Source: the human T2T-CHM13v2.0 reference genome, Homo sapiens. Taken from it: 64,000 nt of DNA. Shown here in pieces: positions 56,246-64,000 of this stretch (position 1 is the stretch's first letter; the number at the start of each line of letters is the position of its first letter). The notes under the pieces are model-generated. The model was not told the origin of the DNA and ran no database searches. It saw only the letters and a list, made by a program, of their open reading frames with translations. Where the stretch lies: assembly GCF_009914755.1 (NCBI RefSeq), contig NC_060935.1; one strand, 5' to 3'. The position numbers and the translations under genes are program-made.

Positions 56246-59200
56246 CACCTAATGAAGTGTTACCTATTTTTAAAAGGTCTTAGGCCTTGATCATTTATCC
56301 TGAAGAGCTGAGTGTTCTCACTTTGGTTTTATTTTAATGGCAAAACACTGTCTAATATGGTTCTGAGAGGTTCCAGGGCCTTTGTAGTCAATATCCAAGG
56401 GAAAAGCATCTCCGTTTCTCTGTGACCCAGGCCAGAAGCCTGAGTGACCCATCCCTAAGGGCTTCTGGGCCAAACCTGGCAGCACCCACTGGGAATGAGA
56501 TTTGGAACGGCCTCAGGAGCATAATGGCCACAGTTAGTAATGGTAAAGAGGGGATACCTTCTTAAACTGATAGACTTCCTGACTTCTTTCAGCAGGGTAT
56601 TGTTTTAAATCAGCCTTGCAGATAAAAATTAATTCCATCTTTTTCAGACAAGTGAACAATTTAGTTCCTTGGCAGATCCAAAATGATAGATGGTTATGTT
56701 ACGCTTTCTGCTGTCCCTTGCCAAAAATAAGTAAATATATCAGTTAAGATTATGCCTTTACAAAAGTTAATTTACATTCTCTGTTTAAAAAATAATATTT
56801 GGTGAATGCTATATAGTTGACAGAGCACATTTACAGACCTTATTAATTTAGTCTTTCCAAGAGACCTCTCATGTAACTGGCATTAGCCCCATTTTTAGAT
56901 GATGAAACTGCAGTGCAGATGTTCTGGTTCTCTCAACTACCAAGTGGCATAACCCATGGATTTTCTAAAGGTTTCCCAAATAGATCACAACCTAAGGGTG
57001 TGCCAGGGGAGCCTAGGGGAAGCTAGGCTGGGCATTGAACACTGATAGTGCAGAATCCACATGCAAACAAGATCGACAGGGTGGATAAACATATATGTGC
57101 ATTATCCCCATCCCCCACAGTTTAGAGCCTTCTGCTTTTCTGGGGGTTTCAGCCTATGAGACAAACTATAATCAGGCTTCATTATTACTTTTCAAATGGC
57201 CAAGGGTTATCTGCAATGTTGATCTAAAATCCTAAAAAATCACCCTGAAGTCAGGCAAGGAACAATACTTAAACTCCATACTATGGAAACAAGGTATCTA
57301 GCTGGATGCAGCTGGTAAATTCAGTCCCATGGACCTTTGGGGGTTTATTTTCCTTAGCAGCTGACACCATGTGTCTTTTGCATCCCTGGTGGTGCTTGGT
57401 GCTTCTGCCCATCTGGGCTCATTGAGAATAGGGATGAAGATATGATTTTAGGGAATTTCTGATGGGCTGGCATGCCCCATGTAGTATGAGTTACTATATA
57501 AAGTCATGTGACTGGCATTTTAACAGACCTTCCAGAGCTTATATATCCCAATATATGTTGTTTCCTTTGAGTAGCCCCAGCAGGATACTGCTTAGTTTTT
57601 CCAGTGCCATTGGTGAAAGCATTTCTGGAACTGTCTTCAAAGACTAGAAACACTGACTCCCAAAATGCTAGAACTGGAAGGGACCTTAATGGTTATCTAT
57701 TCCAGCCTCCTCCTAAGGTCCTCCTCAGCTTCTAGACCTAGAAGCCAAAGTCCAGAACAGTGACCCATTGATCAAGGCAGATAGTATAACTCCTTTTAAG
57801 TGTTCTCAGATTTGCCTTTTCTCAGGGCAAATCTTCAGTGTTTTGTGGTTATTTGTGGTTGAGAGAGAGAGAGAATGTAATGTCTGAGACTAGCCAGCAG
57901 CTATTTGAAGCCTCTGGGAAAGAAGGTGGCTTATCAAGTGGGTTTGTAGTAATGAGTGCTGCTGTAAAGCAGAGCCATTTTCTTGTGCAGCTCATAGTTC
58001 CCAAACAGTTCCCAAACAGAAATTCCAGAGATGTCTTAAACATTGTGGTCATCATTGAGATAGGTGGAATCTCTTTGGTGACTACGTTGGTGGGGAACAT
58101 CACTCACCTGAATGTATGCATTCTGTGTTCTCTGTGTGTGTGCACATATGCAGATGTATGTTTTAAAAACATTTACCAAACTCATGATTTTGTAGTCACA
58201 CCACTTCAGTTCTGGGCCCTACCAACAATTTATGTCCTCCAAGAGCTGCTGGAGGGCATGTTTGTGCCCAAAACAGAAGAGCTGGCTCTGGTTTACAGAA
58301 GACAGGGAGGGTGACCTTACTATAAATGCCCTTAGAGGAAACTTATCAGTTACTGCCATTTCACGCATTTCCTTTTTGATCTTAGTAAATATTATTGGAA
58401 GGCTAGTCTTGTTGGTAGGAGCAAAGACACTTATTTTTCCACTTGCCATCTTTCTCTATATCTCCAGTAATTTGAAAAACACTTTTCAGTTGGAATTGAT
58501 TTTTGTCTTTGGTAAAAAGAAATATTTTTAATAGATAAAAGATATATATTTTAAATATTTCCCCAAATTAATACTTTCATTTTAAGAATTGCATAGCAGT
58601 TGTAACAAGTGCAGAATGAAGAACAAATTCTTGTTAAGCAAATAGTCCAAACTCTAGGTCCAGCTTACTGCCTTCCCCCCTTGTACCTACAGTGATGCCT
58701 AGGATGGTATTGACAGTTGTTTTCTAAACTTCCTGCTGAGCAACAGTCCTTCAAATATAGGTAGAGTGGTCTAGGTTAAGGAGGGAGGAGGGTTGATCTT
58801 TAATCAGGTTGGCTTTGGAGGAAGGAAAAACCACTAAGGTATTATCTGAATTTTAAGATGCTTCCCATCCTTAATAACTAAAACCTGAATGCTTTTCTTT
58901 CTGAAAAATCTCCCTCTCTCCTTCCATGATTCTGAAGTTGGTTAAAAGTCGATATGTTGATGTGTATTATTTGGGGGAACAGAAAAGGACAAGGAAGGAA
59001 ACAGAACGATGGGAAGGGTTTGTGAGCTAGAATAAGAGGTGCAGGATTTCACAAAACAAATTCCTCACAAATCATTGAAGCCCAGTTCACCATACAAATT
59101 ACCCATGTCTTACTCTGTTCCTTGTATATATGCATTCTGGGTTTTTTTTATTATTAAAGGGGAAGTTAGGGGGGAGGGTGAAGGTCAGTCTGAGGGGAAA

Positions 59201-59505
59201 TCCAGGAAATGTGGTGCCCTTAGAAGGGGGCTGTCAGCTCTTTTCCATAGAGAGGGAAAGAAACTTTGAGAAAATGTTCTTGACCCATTGATTGTATCTG
59301 CTGGAAGAAGTCATCTGGGCCTGTTGGGTTGGTATCAGATCAGGGGATTATGCATCCAGCCCCTGGCCCCTTTAATCTATTTGCCTCTTTTTAAAAAAGG
59401 TTAAGTCTTCTTGGGTGAGGCTTGCCGGGGAAACTCCTAAGTGGCTTCACTTATTTTTTAAATTTTAATTTAATTTTTAAATTTTTGCTTGGAAGAAGCA
59501 CTGGT

Positions 59506-59511
59506 AATAAA
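59506..59511 (+). terminator. Candidate proximal poly(A) signal of RNF169
   Basis: AATAAA followed by U-rich tgttttattttttgttcatttt. Confidence 0.45.
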
Positions 59512-60379
59512 TGTTTTATTTTTTGTTCATTTTCCCTAAAGGAAAAATGTCCTTAAGAGATTAAAGCTCTTAATTGATTACTGTCTGGTTACAAACTGGC
59601 AAACTGACTAAAATGGGAAGCTGCCACCGTGCCTGACTCATGTAGCTGATGACCGAAGGCTCATCCTTTCTTTTCTATTTGACAGACATTTACTGAGCTT
59701 CAGACTTGAGCCAACCCTGAGCTGGACTGTGGAGATAAAGCAGTTCCTGCTCTTGAGGAGCTCAATGTCTAATGGAATGCATTTGAATGTATGTGTGGCT
59801 GGAGAGTTCATTTATGGTCTTAGGAAAGCCATTTCTGGTCCCATTTAGAAAACTGACCAGCACCCAGCAAGCTGCATTCTACATTTTAGAGACCCCATTG
59901 GTATTTGTGAATTTGATTGCACCACCGCTTTTCCTTTACTAAGTAATGTTATGGAAGGAGAATGAATTTTCTCCTCTAGTGATTACAGGACATTAACATC
60001 TCTTCAGAAGCTGCTTTTAGCTTAAGCCCCAAGAAGTGAGGTGGGTTGTGGATCACTGACATGGTCAGGGGAGGCCCACACCTCAATTCAGTAACCACCT
60101 AATCTCTCCCCCAACCTGATCTCTCATCAGAGCTGGCAGCAACTTGGGATTCCTTTCCTTTTTCCTGCCTAACTTTTCATTGAAATGTCTAGTAGGAGAG
60201 TGAGAAAAGAGAACAAAGGCTGGGTCACAGTCATAGAATGTTACAGCTGGAATGGGCATGGAAATCATCCAAGTTAAACTTCTTCTCTGCCCCCCGCCCC
60301 CACTTTTTTTTTTTTTTTTTTTAACCAAACGAACTTGTGATCCAGTGCCCTATTTTATAGTGTGGTTTTCCAGGGTCTG

Positions 60380-60396
60380 AATAAATAATCATTAAA
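60380..60396 (+). terminator. Candidate RNF169 poly(A) signal pair (AATAAA plus ATTAAA)
   Basis: AATAAA 60380-60385 and ATTAAA 60391-60396, with a U-rich tract at 60456-60495 downstream. Confidence 0.55.
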
Positions 60397-60459
60397 GTTT
60401 GACACACGCAGACACACGCACCAATGATGGGGATACCCCCAAATGATTTAGGAGGTTAT

Positions 60460-60470
60460 TTTATTTTAAT
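60460..60470 (-). terminator. Candidate distal XRRA1 poly(A) signal (ATTAAA overlapping AATAAA on the - strand)
   Basis: Plus-strand tttatt 60460-60465 and tttaat 60465-60470. On the - strand, GU-rich TGCGTGTGTC x2 lies downstream (60401-60420) and TGTA upstream (60531-60534). Confidence 0.65.
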
Positions 60471-61898
60471 AGTTTTTTCTTCCTGATTTTTTTCAGTTAG
60501 TTAGAGTTAAATGTACCTATAGCCCCTGAATACATGCTCAGGTAGAGAAAGTCTCCATAGTATAAGTAAGTAATATGAATGTGGAATCTTGGAAAGTGAT
60601 ATATTTTGATTGGAATAATTTTAATTAAATTTAATGATTTTAATTAAGAATTAAAAGCCAGCTAGCCAAATTTTCTTTAAAAATTGGAAACTCATTATGG
60701 TCTTAAATTGTCCTCAGGCAGCCTTTTCCTCATCAACCCATAGAGTGGTCTTTTGAACTGGTATCTAAACATACCTGGTTATGAATTCTCAAAAGAGAAA
60801 GCAGGTCTGGGGCGGGGTGGTCAGGAGACAGATTCTAGGGAAAGTGCTGAAGAGATTTTCTTCTGAAGATGATCTAGGAAATGCATCTTTATACATGATT
60901 GTTAGCTGCTGTAGCTTTCTGAAGAAGATTGTAGAAAAGAGACTAAGATATATGCAAGGGTCACCAGTTTAGAGATCAGTCAAATTGGAAAAAGTGCCAA
61001 GACTGGATGTGCAGATTGTTCTATGTATTATCAGTATTTTTTTCCTCTTAAGAAAAAAATTTACTCTCTCTCCTTTGTGAGTAAATGCCTCCTTAATGCC
61101 TTTTAAGTAAGGTGGCAACTTTTAACTGTCATCTTGTGAGAGGCAACCTCAAACTCTAAGCAGACTCCCTCTCTCCCTTTCTGGTGTCTTAAATCAAGAA
61201 CTAGTTTGAAGCCAAGGCAAAGCAAGGTTTGTTCATCTTCCTTTCCTGTCATTTAAGGTAAAACAGGCAATGAACTCGCTCTTCAAATACCATAGTTCAA
61301 GAGTAGCTGTTGGCCCTGGTTCCAGATTAATATAGCAGCAGGCAGATTGCCCCTTCTTGGGGCCACCACCCTCCAAAGCTGTGCCACCAATGAGAGCATT
61401 GGGTTCAAGTTTGCATCAAACATGGTATTACCAACGCTGAGCCTCCAGCAGAGCACTTAAAAGTCCTAGTGAGAGAATAGATACTATGCAAGGGAAAAAA
61501 ATTTAAATGCCAACGAATAGTTTTTTTTTTTTTGAACCTGATATACTGTTTGTTTACTCTCAACTCTTTGTACAAATATTATTGTCCTAAGGGCCTTTTC
61601 CCCTCCTGCCTAGAAAATAGGTTGTGTATTGGTTTTATTCAACCTGCTGTCTGCTTTAGGATTGGAGAAGGTACCTGGATCCTTGTGGACTGCCACTGCT
61701 GGCTGCCTCCTCTCCAACTCATCAGAAGAGCATTTTGACAAAGACAGAGGACTTGGACCAGGGCATGCCCTGTTGGGGATGTTTCTGTCAGCAAGGACAT
61801 GGCATGGAATCAAGTGGGCTGATGTGTTGTTATTTAAACAGTACCAAAGTGCATTCTTCAATGTATGTTTGCCTGCTTGAAGCAAGGCCCAAGTTGAG

Positions 61899-61909
61899 AA
61901 TACAGTAAA
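61899..61909 (+). terminator. Candidate distal RNF169 poly(A) signal (variant hexamers AATACA/AGTAAA)
   Basis: TGTA at 61862 upstream; GU/U-rich gtggatgttctgttt downstream at about 61924-61938. Confidence 0.5.
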
Positions 61910-62501
61910 GGAAACTCATGAAAGTGGATGTTCTGTTTATAGTCAGAGTCTTGTCTCTGGTGAACAATCTCAGACAAAAACATGGGTTAAGCTTAGGCTG
62001 TGTGTGGATTTTTGGTGCTGTATGTGCTCTGGGAGATGCCCCATGTTGGATGTCTTGCTTTGGCATTCAGAATGGCAGTAGAGATTAGGAGCAGGGATGG
62101 GGTTTCCATGGTGTACAACTACGTCTTTTGGCATAAGTTATGTCCAGTTTACAGTTTGCTCCAATTTACTGTCATGTTCACATTCAACCATTCATGCTCC
62201 TAATGAAGGAACCAAGAAAGAGTCTGAGTAAAGAACGAATATACAGGATGACACTGTCCCTGCACATTAGGGCTGTACTCACAAGATCTGGTTTTTAAAA
62301 ATATCCTTTTTTGGAGCCATTGTTCAGGAATTTGTTAAGATCCCCTTGGTGTCAGTTTCTCATACAACAGAGAACAAATGTATCCCTGTTGCATCTGAAC
62401 TGGAAAACCATTTTTAGAGGGAAGTGTGACAATGCTGCTGTGGCCTGGGTTCCAAGAAAGAATGCATGTGGCACCCAGTCTATTGCCCTGTGCACCCACT
62501 C

Positions 62502-62507
62502 TTTATT
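62502..62507 (-). terminator. Candidate proximal XRRA1 poly(A) signal
   Basis: Minus-strand AATAAA about 210 nt past the XRRA1 stop. Another minus-strand AATAAA lies at 61634-61639. Confidence 0.5.
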
Positions 62508-62565
62508 GCCGCTGGGCCAGGCACCAGGTCATGCCTGGGCCAAGGAGGGGAGATCCTGACAAGGG

Positions 62566-62583
62566 GATGCCACCTTGTGGCCA
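62566..62583 (-). promoter_or_regulatory. Candidate CTCF motif
   Basis: The - strand reads TGGCCACAAGGTGGCATC, close to the CTCF core CCAC[CT]AG[AG][GT]GGC. Motif match only. Confidence 0.35.
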
Positions 62584-62714
62584 GCAAGTGGGGCCCAGCT
62601 GAGCTCTGAGGCCTGTGGCCGGCTGGTCAACCTTGAGGTGCGGTCCAGGGCACAGAGCCCTCGGGGAGAGCTGGGGCACAGGCCGGGTGGTGCACACAGC
62701 CCCCATGCACAGCT

Positions 62715-62968
62715 CTAGCCTTGTGAGTCACTGGCTGTGGGCTCCTGGCAGAACTCATCCATGAACTCGAGGAAGTGGCCGAACTTGGGCTGGCTCTCAC
62801 TCAGCGCTGGGCAGGCCATGGGGAGCGGGGTAGTCCCGAACACTGTGCGCAGAGAGCCACTCACCAGCTGCCGGTAACGTGCCTGGAACTCCTTCAACAG
62901 CCTCTTGGCCTCCAGGTACTGCTTGTGGTTCACCAGCCGCCGTTCTGTCCACTGGTGCAGGACAGCAC
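62715..62968 (-). CDS. XRRA1: XRRA1 terminal coding exon: (G)AVLHQWTERRLVNHKQYLEAKRLLKEFQARYRQLV...PTASDSQG*
   Basis: Minus-strand acceptor cttttcctgcag (AG at 62970-62969), TAG at 62717-62715, phase 1 matching the upstream exon. C-terminus recognised as XRRA1, the known convergent neighbour of RNF169. Confidence 0.9.
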
Positions 62969-63368
62969 CTGCAGGAAAAGAAGCCAGGAGAGGCACCAAG
63001 CTCATCCTGGTTCTCACCTAGCCAGAAGCAAGAGGATTGGGTCCAGAGACCCTTGGAAAATGGGATGGTGTGGCAGGAGGATGCTAAGGGGCTAAAAATG
63101 GCCTTTCCAGCTTGGGAAGTCACTGACTTCCTACTGCCCCTATGCATTGACTCTATCTTAAGCCCTGGTTCAGGACCTTAACATGCTGTGTGATTTTAGG
63201 CAACTCCCTGCCTCACGCTGGCTCTCCTTTTGTCCATCTACATGTAGAGACTGATGTAGGCAGTTGCTCTCTAAGGGCCTTTCCTGCACTGACACAAGCC
63301 CTTTCTTTGCCTTTAGCCAGCAGGCGTGAACTGGATCTGGGATCCTGGCAGCTGTGGCAGAGCCGTAC

Positions 63369-63474
63369 CTAGTGGAGCCTCTGTAATGTTCCGGGGATCC
63401 CGCAAGCGAATGAAGATGTCATCCAGAAGTTGGGCTCTAGTCTTCTTTGGGGGTGGAATCGGGATTCTCTGGGC
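63369..63474 (-). CDS. XRRA1: XRRA1 penultimate coding exon, 106 nt: AQRIPIPPPKKTRAQLLDDIFIRLRDPRNITEAPL(G)
   Basis: Minus-strand ttctgccag acceptor, TAG|gtacgg donor. Phase 0 in, phase 1 out. Confidence 0.88.
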
Positions 63475-63682
63475 CTGGCAGAAGGTCATGGAGGAGGGTG
63501 TTATCCCAGGTTTATGCACAGACTTTCCTGGCCTAACTTCATACAGTCACAGCAACAGGCTGGGGGGCATCTGGGGGTGCTGGGAAAGCATGGCCCTCAG
63601 AGGGTCCCAAGGTGACAGCCACATCTGTAATTGTGGGCGGTACTCAGGGGCCATTTACACATTCAGTGAGCTGGATGTTTAC

Positions 63683-63798
63683 CCGTTTCTCTTTGTGAAC
63701 ATAGGGTTTCTGAAGAGTGTCCAGCTTGGGCTTGGAGGAGTGGCACAGGAGTGGGTGCTTCAGCATTTGTTGCAGGGCTTGTGCATTCTTCTGGATTC
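63683..63798 (-). CDS. XRRA1: XRRA1 coding exon, 116 nt: (x)IQKNAQALQQMLKHPLLCHSSKPKLDTLQKPYVHKEKR
   Basis: Minus-strand ttcttgccctag acceptor, CGG|gtaaac donor. Frame joins the next exon in phase 0. Confidence 0.88.
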
Positions 63799-64000
63799 CT
63801 AGGGCAAGAAGGCAAGACTGAGTCAAGGCACTTCCCCCTCCTCCTCCCAGATGCCTCCCCTGATTGCTTCATTCCTCAGTCTCACAGCAGCTCTAGGTAA
63901 AAGGATTTGAGAGTCCCCAAAAGAAAACACTGCCCCCAGGTTTCTTCCGGATCTGTTCCAGTGCCTGAAGTTCCATCATTCTTCAGTGAGTATTTGTCCC

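Larger units (their letters stand above)
56246..61925 (+). other. RNF169: RNF169 long 3' UTR (distal end approximate; several alternative poly(A) sites)
   Basis: Alu/L1-free unique sequence after the stop codon. Candidate signals: AATAAA 59506, AATAAA 60380 with ATTAAA 60391, and AATACA/AGTAAA 61899-61909. Confidence 0.7.

Noticed and set aside
57838-58531. 158-aa and 99-aa ORFs in the RNF169 3' UTR
   Set aside because: The longer one has a non-ATG start and includes simple-repeat-derived residues. No recognisable homology, so no support for coding.
59159-59197. G-run cluster in the RNF169 3' UTR as an RNA G-quadruplex
   Set aside because: The fourth G-run is 15 nt away, so the motif is marginal and has no further support.
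62969-63017. N-terminal part of the 100-aa minus-strand ORF
   Set aside because: Intronic, upstream of the acceptor at 62969-62970. The same applies to the starts of ORFs 63313-63519 and 63644-63826.
63326-63802. 158-aa plus-strand ORF
   Set aside because: Antisense shadow over GC-rich XRRA1 exons and intron.

Overview
Human (primate) genomic DNA, repeat-dense and mostly intronic. The + strand carries the 3' part of RNF169, a RING E3 ligase and paralogue of RNF168: four internal coding exons (9143-9216, 29701-29847, 37114-37232, 54191-54290), the terminal coding exon (55061-56245) and a 3' UTR of about 4-5.7 kb. The RING-encoding first exon lies upstream of the window. The - strand carries the last three coding exons of XRRA1 (63683-63798, 63369-63474, 62715-62968), converging tail-to-tail with RNF169. 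The introns are filled with Alu, L1, L2, MIR, LTR (MER52, MER11, MER21/77-like, MaLR) and DNA-transposon (MER1B, MER6, MER8, MER20, Tigger1) relics. There are no prokaryotic features. Almost all ORFs in the supplied track are repeat-derived or chance ORFs. The best leads are RNA-level regulation: (1) a 23-nt candidate poison microexon just upstream of RNF169 exon 5; (2) an interlocked bidirectional poly(A) site at 60380-60470, with a sense/antisense 3' UTR overlap tunable by alternative polyadenylation; (3) an inverted-Alu-flanked exon 2-4 circle with a junction-spanning 75-aa ORF, near a near-pristine AluYa5; (4) an exon-5 read-through isoform whose stop codon overlaps AATAAA; (5) a chain of candidate antisense exons running through RNF169 introns. 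Repeat subfamily names were recognised by eye, and repeat boundaries are approximate unless TSDs are quoted.
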